DNA of 64,000 nucleotides from Macrostomum hystrix. Taxonomy: Eukaryota; Animalia; Platyhelminthes. Shown one piece after another: positions 22,801 to 34,830 of this stretch. The stretch lies in NCBI GenBank assembly GCA_950097015.1, contig CATNEN010000011.1, positions 1,240,001 through 1,304,000 of the forward strand. The letters are read 5' to 3'. Numbering within the stretch: the first letter of the stretch is position 1; the number at the start of each line of letters is the position of its first letter. Below the pieces are notes generated by a model that was given only the letters and a program-made list of their open reading frames with translations, was not told the origin of the DNA and searched no databases. A program made the translations under genes and the position numbers.

Positions 22801-25800
22801 CTCTTCAATTAGCTTTACTCTTCAATTTACCCCACTCTTCAATTAGCTTTACTCTTCAATTAGCTCCACTCTTCAATTAGCTTTACTCTTCAATTAACCC
22901 CACTCTTCAATTAGCTTTACTCTTCAATTAACCCCACTCTTCAATTAGCTTTACTCTTCAATTAGCTCCACTCTTCAATTAGCCCCACTCTTCAATTAGC
23001 TCCACTCTTCAATTAGCCCCACTCTTCAATTAGCTCCACTCTTCAATTAGCTCCACTCTTCAATTAGCCCCACTCTTCAATTAGCTCCACTCTTCAATTA
23101 GCCCCACTCTTCAATTAGCTCCACTCTTCAATTAGCCCCACTCTTCAATTAGCCCCACTCTTCAATTAGCTCCACTCTTCAATTAGCTCCACTCTTCAAT
23201 TAGCTCCACTCTTCAATTAGCCCCACTCTTCAATTAGCCCCACTCTTCAATTAGCCCCACTCTTCAATTAGCTCCACTCTTCAATTAGCTCCACTCTTCA
23301 ATTAGCCCCAGTCTTCAATTAGCCCCAGTCTTCAATTAGCCCCACTCTTCAATTAGCTTTACTCTTCAATTAGCCCCACTCTTCAATTAGCTCCACTCTT
23401 CAATTAGCTCCACTCTTCAATTAGCCCCACTCTTCAATTAGCTCCACTCTTCAATTAGCTCCACTCTTCAATTAGCTCCACTCTTCAATTAGCTCCACTC
23501 TTCAATTAGCTTTACTCTTCAATTAGCCCCACTCTTCAATTAGCTCCACTCTTCAATTAGCCCCAGTCTTCAATTAGCCCCACTCTTCAATTAGCTTTAC
23601 TCTTCAATTAGCCCCACTCTTCAATTAGCTCCACTCTTCAATTAGCTCCACTCTTCAATTAGCCCCAGTCTTCAATTAGCCCCACTCTTCAATTAGCTTT
23701 ACTCTTCAATTAGCCCCACTCTTCAATTAGCTCCACTCTTCAATTAGCTCCACTCTTCAATTAGCCCCACTCTTCAATTAGCTCCACTCTTCAATTAGCT
23801 CCACTCTTCAATTAGCCCCACTCTTCAATTAGCTCCACTCTTCAATTAGCTCCACTCTTCAATTAGCCCCACTCTTCAATTAGTCCCACTCTTCAATTAG
23901 CCCCACTCTTCAATTAGCTCCACTCTTCAATTAGCTCCACTCTTCAATTAGCCCCACTCTTCAATTAGCTCCACTCTTCAATTAGCTCCACTCTTCAATT
24001 AGCCCCACTCTTCAATTAGCTCCACTCTTCAATTAGCTCCACTCTTCAATTAGCCCCACTCTTCAATTAGCTCCACTCTTCAATTAGCTCCACTCTTCAA
24101 TTAGCTCCACTCTTCAATTAGCTCCACTCTTCAATTAGCCCCACTCTTCAATTAGCTCCACTCTTCAATTAGCCCCACTCTTCAATTAGCTCCACTCTTC
24201 AATTAGCCCCACTCTTCAATTAGCTCCACTCTTCAATTAGCTCCACTCTTCAATTAGCTCCACTCTTCAATTAGCCCCAGTCTTCAATTAGCCCCACTCT
24301 TCAATTAGCTTTACTCTTCAATTAGCCCCACTCTTCAATTAGCTCCACTCTTCAATTAGCCCCAGTCTTCAATTAGCCCCACTCTTCAATTAGCTTTACT
24401 CTTCAATTAGCCCCACTCTTCAATTAGCCCCACTCTTCAATTAGCTTTACTCTTCAATTAGCCCCACTATTCAATTAGCCCCACTCTTCAATTAGCCCCA
24501 CTCTTCAATTAGCTCCACTCTTCAATTAGCTTTACTCTTCAATTAGCTCCACTCTTCAATTAGCCCCACTCTTCAATTAGCTCCACTCTTCAATTAGCTC
24601 CACTCTTCAATTAGCTCCACTCTTCAATTAGCTTTACTCTTCAATTAACCCCACTCTTCAATTAGCTTTACTCTTCAATTAACCCCACTCTTCAATTAGC
24701 TCCACTCTTCAATTAACCCCACTCTTCAATTAGCCCCACTCTTCAATTAGCCCCACTCTTCAATTAGCTCCACTCTTCAATTAGCCCCAGTCTTCAATTA
24801 GCTCCACTCTTCAATTAGCCCCAGTCTTCAATTAGCTCCACTCTTCAATTAGCTTTACTCTTCAATTAACCCCACTCTTCAATTAGCTTTACTCTTCAAT
24901 TAACCCCACTCTTCAATTAGCTTTACTCTTCAATTAGCTCCACTCTTCAATTAGCTTTACTCTTCAATTAACCCCACTCTTCAATTAGCTTTACTCTTCA
25001 ATTAACCCCACTCTTCAATTAGCTTTACTCTTCAATTAGCTCCACTCTTCAATTAGCCCCACTCTTCAATTAGCTCCACTCTTCAATTAGCCCCACTCTT
25101 CAATTAGCTCCACTCTTCAATTAGCCCCACTCATCAATTAGCCCCACTCTTCAATTAGCTCCACTCTTCAAATAGCCCCACTCATCAATTAGCCCCACTC
25201 TTCAATTAGCCCCACTCTTCAATTACTTCCACTCTTCAATTACTTCCACTCTTCAATTAGCCCCACTCTTCAATTAGCCCCACTCTTCAATTAGCCCCAC
25301 TCTTCAATTACTTCCACTCTTCAATTAGCCCCACTCTTCAATTACTTCCACTCTTCAATTACTTCCACTCTTCAATTAGCTCCACTCTTCAATTAGCTTT
25401 ACTCTTCAATTAACCCCACTCTTCAATTAGCTTTACTCTTCAATTAACCCCACTCTTCAATTAGCTCCACTCTTCAATTAACCCCACTCTTCAATTAGCC
25501 CCACTCTTCAATTAGCCCCACTCTTCAATTAGCTCCACTCTTCAATTAGCCCCAGTCTTCAATTAGCTCCACTCTTCAATTAGCCCCAGTCTTCAATTAG
25601 CTCCACTCTTCAATTAGCTTTACTCTTCAATTAACCCCACTCTTCAATTAGCTTTACTCTTCAATTAACCCCACTCTTCAATTAGCTTTACTCTTCAATT
25701 AGCTCCACTCTTCAATTAGCTTTACTCTTCAATTAACCCCACTCTTCAATTAGCTTTACTCTTCAATTAACCCCACTCTTCAATTAGCTTTACTCTTCAA

Positions 25801-27305
25801 TTAGCTCCACTCTTCAATTAGCCCCACTCTTCAATTAGCTCCACTCTTCAATTAGCCCCACTCTTCAATTAGCTCCACTCTTCAATTAGCTCCACTCTTC
25901 AATTAGCTCCACTCTTCAATTAGCTTTACTCTTCAATTAACCCCACTCTTCAATTAGCTCCACTCTTCAATTAGCTCCACTCTTCAATTAGCCCCACTCT
26001 TCAATTAGCTCCACTCTTCAATTAGCTCCACTCTTCAATTAGCCCCACTCTTCAATTAACCCCACTCTTCAATTAGCTCCACTCTTCAATTAGCTTTACT
26101 ATTCAATTAGCTCCACTCTTCAATTAGCTCCACTCTTCAATTAGCCCCACTCTTCAATTAGCTCCACTCTTCAATTAACCCCACTCTTCAATTAGCCCCA
26201 CTCTTCAATTAGCTCCACTCTTCAATTAGCTCCACTCTTCAATTGGCTTCACTCTTCAATTAGCTTTACTCTTCAATTAGCTCCACTCTTCAATTAGCCC
26301 CACTCTTCAATTAGCTCCACTCTTCAATTAGCTCCACTCTTCAATTAGCCCCACTCTTCAATTAGCTCCACTCTTCAATTAGCCCCACTCTTCTATTAGC
26401 TCCACTCTTCAATTAGCTCCACTCTTCAATTAGCCCCACTCTTCAATTAGCTCCACTCTTCAATTAGCCCCACTCTTCAATTAGCCCCACTCTTCAATTA
26501 GCCCCACTCTTCAATTAGCTCCACTCTTCAATTAGCCCCACTCTTCTATTAGCTCCACTCTTCAATTAGCTCCACTCTTCAATTAGCCCCACTCTTCAAT
26601 TAGCTCCACTCTTCAATTAGCCCCACTCTTCAATTAGCTCCACTCTTCAATTAGCCCCACTCTTCAATTAGCCCCACTCTTCAATTAGGCCCACTCTTCA
26701 ATTAGCTCCACTCTTCAATTAGCCCCACTCTTCAATTAGGCCCACTCTTCAATTAGCTCCACTCTTCAATTAGCCCCACTCTTCAATTAGCCCCACTCTT
26801 CAATTAGGCCCACTCTTCAATTAGCTCCACTCTTCAATTAGCCCCACTCTTCAATTAGCTCCACTCTTCAATTAGCTCCACTCTTCAATTAGCTCCACTC
26901 TTCAATTAGCCCCACTCTTCAATTAGGCCCACTCTTCAATTAGCCCCACTCTTCAATTAGCCCCACTCTTCAATTAGCTCCACTCTTCAATTAGCCCCAC
27001 TCTTCAATTAGCTCCACTCTTCAATTAGCTCCACTCTTCAATTAGGCCCACTCTTCAATTAGCCCCACTCTTCAATTAGCCCCACTCTTCAATTAGCTCC
27101 ACTCTTCAATTAGCCCCACTCTTCAATTAGCCCCACTCTTCAATTAGCCCCACTCTTCAATTAGCCCCACTCTTCAATTAGCTCCACTCTTCAATTAGCC
27201 CCACTCTTCAATTAGCTCCACTCTTCAATTAGCTCCACTCTTCAATTAGCTCCACTCTTCAATTAGCTCCACTCTTCAATTAGCTCCACTCTTCAATTAG
27301 CCCAC
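19817..27305. repeat. 17-bp satellite (AGCCCCACTCTTCAATT), about 440 copies, 7.5 kb
   Basis: Tandem repeat with variants CCCC/CTCC/CTTT and no ORFs. Confidence 0.99.
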
Positions 27306-27671
27306 TAATATTTACAATTCTTCAATATTTACATTAACACTAGCTAAATACGAGATTCCTCTAATGATTTACCATTTTAATGAAATAGGAATGCTTTAGC
27401 AGCAACATTTTTGTCACCTCTTTGATTGACAAATCTACTTGACTGAGCTCCAACACTTAGGTTCAGTGAAACACGTCGCATGTGCTAATTTTTAGCAGAA
27501 AGTTTGTTCCTGATATTGAGCACTTTACATAGTACTCTGAAACACAAGAAGCATGCCTTATGTGGACACTTTCCCTTCATTCACTAGAAAGTGAGGTTTA
27601 AAAGTTATTTTAATTGAATAGATAACTTATTCTTTTCAGTTTGACAACTAGTCAGAGCAAGGAAGCAGAAA

Positions 27672-28343
27672 ATGAAGGCTTTGCTCATTATTCTGTTATC
27701 TGCTGTTTTCTGCAACTTGGCGTCGACAGAGAATAATAATTTAAGCGAGAATTCCGCCGATAAACGCTTCATGTACTCTGGCCTGCTTGGAAAGAGAGCT
27801 ATGTACACTGGCCTGCTTGGAAAGAGAGCTATGTACACTGGCCTGCTTGGAAAGAGAGCTATGTACACTGGCCTACTTGGAAAGAGAGCTATGTACTCTG
27901 GCCTACTTGGAAAGAGAGCTATGTACTCTGGCCTGCTTGGAAAGAGAGCTATGTACTCTGGCCTACTTGGAAAGAGAGCTATGTACTCTGGCCTGCTTGG
28001 AAAGAGAGCTATGTACTCTGGCCTACTTGGAAAGAGAGCTATGTACTCTGGCCTGCTTGGAAAGAGAGCTATGTACACTGGCCTGCTTGGAAAGAGAGCT
28101 ATGTACACTGGCCTGCTTGGAAAGAGAGCTATGTACACTGGCCTACTTGGAAAGAGAGCTATGTACTCTGGCCTGCTTGGAAAGAGAGCTATGTACTCTG
28201 GCCTACTTGGAAAGAGAGCTATGTACTCTGGCCTGCTTGGAAAGAGAGCTATGTACTCTGGCCTGCTTGGAAAGAGAGCTATGTACTCTGGCCTGCTTGG
28301 AAAGCGACAAAATGGAGCCGAACAAGTTTTCAAGAAATTCTGA
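27672..28343 (+). CDS. Neuropeptide prohormone: signal peptide, acidic spacer, 18 amidated heptapeptides (1x FMYSGLLa, 11x AMYSGLLa, 6x AMYTGLLa)
   Basis: Hydrophobic N-terminus MKALLIILLSAVFCNLA. Every unit is preceded by KR and ends in G-KR (amidation donor plus convertase site). Unique N- and C-terminal flanks are in frame. A 5'UTR acceptor TTTTCAG lies at 27639 and AATAAA at 28474. Confidence 0.95.
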   Translation: MKALLIILLSAVFCNLASTENNNLSENSADKRFMYSGLLGKRAMYTGLLGKRAMYTGLLGKRAMYTGLLGKRAMYSGLLGKRAMYSGLLGKRAMYSGLLGKRAMYSGLLGKRAMYSGLLGKRAMYSGLLGKRAMYTGLLGKRAMYTGLLGKRAMYTGLLGKRAMYSGLLGKRAMYSGLLGKRAMYSGLLGKRAMYSGLLGKRAMYSGLLGKRQNGAEQVFKKF

Positions 28344-30074
28344 CGAAGGAGGTCCTGTAACTGCTACCATTTTGTTCGTCTGCAGGTGTTCTGAATCCCC
28401 GCAAAATTACTTCGTTATGTACTATAATTAGTTGTGTTAAATATCGTCACGACATGCTTGCTTTGTTGCGAAAAATAAATGTTTGACAAGCATATTGACA
28501 AATATAGAAGTTGCGCGTAAAACACGGGTACAAACTTGCAGCTAGAATGCTTGACCGTGTGACACGATTGCAAATTGAACTTAATTAATTGGTTTTCTTT
28601 CAGTCTTTTTGAAGCTACATAGAATAATAAACCATTAAATGGCAACCAAAGAAGCGAAGTGTAATTTTACACCACTAAAGATTTGATACTGGTGATTACT
28701 TGAAAATTGGAACAAGTGCAATTGGTAATTACTTTTGCGGTTACCAAAAGTATTTTATTTTTAACATAAAGCTGTGTATAAAAAGGAAAAATTCGTTTAG
28801 TCAAACACAGTTTTTAATTATTTTTCTTGCCTCCATAAAAGAATTTGCTTGAAATTGATTTCTTTAAACTATAGGCCTAGCTGTGCTTTGTCTGTCAGTA
28901 AATCATAGATGTCGATCTGCTGCCGCAAGAGCCTCTATAGCTGCTTCTAGCTCATTGTCTATTCATGAAACGTCTTGCCATTCTTGCTTTCACAGCCGAA
29001 CATGATCGCAATTCATAAGATGGCGTGGCATGGTTATCAATAGAGCTAGTTCTGCCAGCCGCAAACATAAAATGGAAGGCCATCACTTTCATTCTCAAGG
29101 CTCAATCCAATTATTTTTTAAGCATGAGCAAATGAATTTATCATGTCGAGGCCAGGCATTTTTACCTATAAATCATAATTCGCGAGAATTTTCCTAGCAA
29201 CAGAAGCTAAAATGTTAGCTTTTTGTCAGAAGCAAACAATAAATATTCAGTTTTTTCACGTGCCAAGAATCAATATATAGCTGCATTCAGTTTATAAAAC
29301 TTCATTAGCTTACAATCCTTGTTACATACAATGTTTCTATCCCCGACTGTTGCACCCTCTTGTTGGCCACCAAGTAGTGATGAAGACTAAAATTTATTTG
29401 TTTTATAACGTTTTTCATGTGTGTATGGCGGTTAGACTTTGACGGCGTTCATAGTCACAGATCATATTGATTCCCATACAAACGATACAAAACTAGTATT
29501 TATATAGCGGCGTATATCAAAGTAATCAAAGTAGCTGCAGTTTATGACTAATAGAACTCGAAATCATTCACAATAATTATTGAAAAAATTTTTGTTAGCC
29601 TCTTTATACTTTTTTTAATTGTGAACTTTCTTTCCGAGCAACTCTGAAATGTCTCATTTTTCTCAACTTCTAAACTTTCAACTTAAAATTTATCTTTAAA
29701 GAAATTAAAGTTTCTTTTTGAGTCCCTAATTTTCAATGCAAAAAATCAGCTCACGTACAAATGCTCTATCTCTATGTGTCTCCGCGTGCTAAAATCAAGA
29801 CAATCATGTATGACGTTATAGAAAAAAAAGTGAACACCGCGATGATAAGGTATAACAAATCACAGGATATCACTGCAGATTTAAATAAAACAATGATAGA
29901 TGAAATTATACATCTCTTTTCAAAGATTCATTTCTAACTGAGTCTTAAAAAAGATAAGCTATATTTTCATTTCAAATGATTTATCTAGCTATTTAACTTG
30001 ATAACTTGAAATAGTCGAAGACTCGAAGTGCTGCTTGATTTAGATTATGTGATACGTATCTATTAAGCAGCGAA

Positions 30075-33000
30075 ATGAAGTCGTTTTATTACTGCAGTTT
30101 TAATTTAGTGCTGATCATCATCGTTCAGCAAGCAATTTTAAGCCAAGGTATGTAAAATTCTAGTATATAAACTAAAGCTATTCGCAATTCTAACTGGTCA
30201 ACAGTGACAATGTTACAATGAGTCTGAAATATTTTTTTCTATAGATTGTTCAGTGATTATGTTCCTAAAAATTTTACGTTTGATTAATTAAGCTATATTC
30301 ATTTTTTATCATGACTAGGCTTATTATTAAAAAGGGCTTTAATACTGATTTTGGCTTTAACCACCATTAACTAATTTAGCAATTTTCAATCTGTATGCAA
30401 GTTCACAGGAAAAGTTTCTGCGCACCATGACACTGGAAACAAAAACAAAATGTGTATTTTAAGGTTTAATCCAAAGAAAGTGTTAAATGTAGCATATATA
30501 TTATTTATTAAAGGGTTTTAATTATTTCTTTAATTGATAAAAATAAAAACAAGTATAGCAAGCAATATTGCAGTTTGTTTTACAATATTTGTAAGCCAGG
30601 CCTAAGTATAATAGTAAAAAAGTGAACACACAAAAAGTATAAGAATGAGAATGACATGAATGCAAAACTGGACAAGGTTGATTTAGGCCACCTGTGACCT
30701 GGCTTTACTTAACAAAATAGAATGAATCATTGAATTGGCTCAGCTTTTCCCACTGCAATGTGTTAAGGGACTTTTTCTGGATTGCTCACTACTAGACAGT
30801 TTTTACTGTCTAATGGGCTTGAATTACCCTAAAAAACTTTGTTTCTTGGAAAAAATTATGGAAGATAGATTTTCATAGAAATATGCACTAGCAAGATAGA
30901 CTTTCACTTTCACATTGACATGATGATAACTTGTTTAAAGCAAACCCATAGCCATTCTTTATATCTTGTATAACATTTTGTTTCAGCGAATGTCAGAATT
31001 ATCTATTTATTAATTATTGATCTTCATATTACTTTACTTTATATATCATAAAGCATAATTGATAGCCAAAAGCTATCTAGTGACTTAATTTAATTTTACA
31101 TTCACTTTCTAATTAACAAGAAGCAATAAATCAGACCTAAAATTCTGCCTGTACCTTAGAATATTGATCATTTTAGTGTAAAAAATCTAATACTACATAT
31201 TCTTGATTATACAAATTGAACCTTATATGGCATATTGGCTTTAAACTATTTGGCAAGACACTTAACTATGTTTTGCTTTTGTTTACAACTGTTAATTTGT
31301 AGCCATATTTTTTGGGTTAGCCATTTGTTTTACAGAATGAATTGACATAAATGATGTGGTAAATATTGCGGCTTTATGTTAATTTTTGCTGAGTTAAAGG
31401 CTTTAAAAATTATAAATAAATGACAACACTTACAAGTCATCAATGTAGCATGATAGTGATAAAAGAAAAACAAAGAAATGTTGCTTAGAACACACATAGC
31501 CTTGAAATTTGTATGTTTTTGTTTGTGTTTTGTTCATCATTTTCAAATGCAATGTTAAGGAATGCACAATAGTTGCCAGCAATTCTGCAATTTTAATTAT
31601 AACAGGCTACCAATGTCATCATTTAACTAATACTTGTACAATCCTTGATTTTTAATTTGCTTAGTTGCTACTGCAATCCGTTTCTCACGTGGATCGTCAT
31701 CTTATCGCTCCATTGGTGGTGGATATTACTATTCTTCGTATCGGAGCTACCGCAGCGCTGTAGTGGTTGTCTACCGGCCTACTTATGTCTACCGACCCTA
31801 CAACTCGTACTACTATTATTCTTATAGGAGTACTATGGATAATAGTTTTCGGAAGTCTGATTACACTTTGCCAGATGGAGTTCTTGAACGAATGGGGTGA
31901 GCCAAAGTTGTGCTTGATATTGATATTGTTTGTCAATAACATAGTCCCAGAACAGTCAAGATTCTGATCCCCAGAGTGTCTAGATTCTAATCCCCAGACT
32001 GTATGGATTCTGATCCCCAGACTGTTTAGATTCTGATCCCCAGAGTGTCTAGATTCTAATCCCCAGACTGTATGGATTCTGATCCCCAGAGTGTCTAGAT
32101 TCTAATCCCCAGACTGTATGGATTCTGATCCCCAGACTGTTTAGATTCTGATCCCCAGAGTGTTTAGATTCTGATCCCGAGACTGTATGGATTCTGATCC
32201 CCAGACTGTATGGATTCTGATCCCCAGACTGTGTAGATTCTGATCCCCAGACTGTGAAGATTCTAATCCCCAGACTGTGTATACTAATCGCCAGACTGTG
32301 TTGATTCTGATCCCCAGACTGTTTAGATTCTGATCCCCAGACTGTTTAGATTCTGATCCCCAGACTGTGTAGATTCTGATCCCCAGACTGTTTAGATTCT
32401 GATCCCCAGACTGTTTAGATTCTGATCCCGAGACTGTATGGATTCTGATCCCCAGACTGTATGGATTCTGATCCCCAGACTGTGTAGATTCTAATCCCCA
32501 GACTGTGTATACTAATCGCCAGACTGTGTTGATTCTGATCCCCAGACTGTTTAGATTCTGATCCCCAGACTGTTTAGATTCTGATCCCCAGACTGTGTAG
32601 ATTCTGATCCCCAGACTGTTTAGATTCTGATCCCCAGACTGTTTAGATTCTGATCCCGAGACTGTATGGATTCTGATCCCCAGACTGTATGGATTCTGAT
32701 CCCCAGACTGTGTAGATTCTGATCCCCAGACTGTGTTGATTCTGATCCCCAGACTGTGTAGATTCTGATCCCCAGACTGTAGATTCTGATCCCCAGACTG
32801 TAGATTCTGATCCCCAGACTGTGTAGATTCTAATCCCCAGACTGTGTTGATGATGCGGTCCCATTTGAAGGTGAAATTTGTCATAAAGTCCCATTCTGTG
32901 TGTGATAGTTTCATAAAATCCCATAGAGGGATTATTGTCTCGTAGAATCCCATAAGAGGATTAGAGGTTCATAGAATCGCATAGGGTAATCGGAGGTTCA

Positions 33001-34177
33001 TAGAATCCCCTAGGGGTTAGAGGTTCATAGTCCCTTATGGGATTAGAGGTTCATATAATCCCTTAGGGGATTAGAGGTTCATAGAATCCCCTAGGGGTTA
33101 GAGGTTCATAGGGCCCCTTATGGGATTAGAGGTTCATAGAATCCCTTAGGGGATTAGTGGTTCAGAATAGAATCCCATAGTGGTTAAAGGTTCATAGAAT
33201 CCCATAGGGGGATTAGAGGTTCATAAAATTGCATATGGGTTAGAGGTTCATAGAATCCCATAAGTGGATTAGAGTTTCAGAGAAACCCATAAGGTATTAT
33301 AGTTTCATAAAATCCCATAGGGGCATAATAGTGACATAGAATCCTATAGTGCGATTATTGTGTCATTGGTGTGTTTATAGTGTCACATATTTCGCAAATC
33401 ATTAACCTTCTCACGCACATTACATACTTAAAGTCGCACCCATTTACCAATGCCTACAGTGGACTAACCTCTCCTATGAAAGACCAGCTGCTGGAAAATG
33501 GCTCAGTGTATGTGGCCGATCGTCTAATGCCAAAATTCAGTCCCAACGGTGACTACGGATTCAAATACATTAGGAACACTTATCAGGACATCGCCGTCTG
33601 TCAGGTAGCCGCAGGCTTAGACGCATCGTTTAGTCGCGGTCAAATAGTTGGCGATTTTTCAACAAATTTTAGCATCACCCGAAACTACAGCTACATCCTG
33701 TGTCCGTGCGATACTAACGGAGTGGAGTTTAATGAGAACGACAAATTCTGCTGCGGATCGGAAATTAATCAGAACTGTTGCAACGAGGAAGCATTTTATA
33801 AATATCACGGCACTAGAAATACTTTATCCGTCACTGGCGGCCTGCTTGTTGTCATTCTGATTCCGCTACTACTGTGCTGCTGCTGCGCGGGTGCCGCTAT
33901 AGCTGTCTGCCAGTATGTGCAGAGAAATCGACGACGTCAGGCGTCCGTGCCGCCGCCTCCGCCTCCGCCTCCGACGATGATGATGATGGCGCCGCCGTTC
34001 GGCGAAATGATTCCGCCTTCTACTAATCCAGTGGATACTAGCAAAACTGATTATCCCAGACAGCAGGCTGCTGTGGCCTACGATCCGACTGCTCAGATTG
34101 GACCAACTCAGCCGGGTATTTATCCATCATTTGCGCCTCCGCAACCGCCTGCTTATCCGGCAGCTGGCCCGCTTTGA
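30075..34177 (+). CDS. Shisa-like type I membrane protein, 340 aa (exons 30075-30147, 31665-31896, 33460-34177)
   Basis: Exon 1 encodes a signal-like peptide MKSFYYCSFNLVLIIIVQQAILSQ with donor G|GTATGT (phase 1). Exon 2 is Tyr/Ser/Arg-rich with donor GG|GTGAG (phase 2). Exon 3 contains CPC...KFCCG...NCC, a TM segment, CCCC, and a Pro-rich tail with PPAY. The total of 1023 nt is in frame. Exon 1 is the least certain. Confidence 0.75.
31962..32850. repeat. 23-bp minisatellite (GATTCTGATCCCCAGACTGTGTA), intronic
   Basis: Tandem repeat of about 38 copies. Confidence 0.95.
32915..33350. repeat. Degenerate ~27-29-bp minisatellite (GGGATTAGAGGTTCATAGAATCCCATAG) with an internal inverted repeat
   Basis: GGGATT and AATCCC are reverse complements within units. 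About 14 units. Confidence 0.85.
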
Positions 34178-34234
34178 ATTGACTAATAAAGTCGGTAAAT
34201 ATTGTCGAAGGGTTTCTGAGAGATCTTGGTGTGG

Positions 34235-34830
34235 TCTTTAGGTTCGATTCCTGAGGGATGTTATTGTGTGGCTTAGGGTTCGATTCCTGAGGCATTTTGT
34301 TGCGTGGCTTAGGGTTCGATTCCTGAGGGATTATGTTGCGTGGCTTAGGGTTCGATTCCTGAGGGATGTTATTGTGTGGCTTAGGGTTCGATTCCTGAGG
34401 GGTGTTATTGTGTGGCTTAGGGTTCGATTCCTGAGGGATTATGTTGCGTGGCTTAGGGTTCGATTCCTGAGGGATGTTATTGTGTGGCTTAGGGTTCGAT
34501 TCCTGAGGGGTGTTATTGTGTGGCTTAGGGTTCGATTCCTGAGGGATTATGTTGCGTGGCTTAGGGTTCGATTCCTGAGGGATGTTATTGTGTGGCTTAG
34601 GGTTCGATTCCTGAGGGGTGTTATTGTGTGGCTTAGGGTTCGATTCCTGAGGGGTGTTATTGTGTGGCTTAGGGTTCGATTCCTGAGGGTTTATGTTGCG
34701 TGGCTTAGGGTTCGATTCCTGAGGGATGTTATTGTGTGGCTTAGGGTTCGATTCCTGAGGGATTATATTGTGTGGCTTAGGGTTCGAGTCTTAAGGGATG
34801 TTATTGTGTGTCTCTAAGTATAATTTCTGA
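34235..34830 (+). repeat. 36-bp minisatellite (TGGCTTAGGGTTCGATTCCTGAGGGATGTTATTGTG) containing a Pol III B-box
   Basis: GGTTCGATTCC recurs every 36 bp from 34241 to 34745 (15 copies), plus the variant GGTTCGAGTC at 34781. Confidence 0.95.

Noticed and set aside
27605-28431. Overlapping ORFs FPSRPEYIAL (-) and ERELCTLACL (+)
   Set aside because: Shadow frames of the 30-bp prohormone repeat. Only the GKR frame has a signal peptide and processing sites.
34266-34817. WLRVRFLRDVIV ORF and TTAGGG hexamers as a telomere remnant
   Set aside because: Repeat-derived ORF. TTAGGG occurs only once per 36-bp unit, never in tandem.
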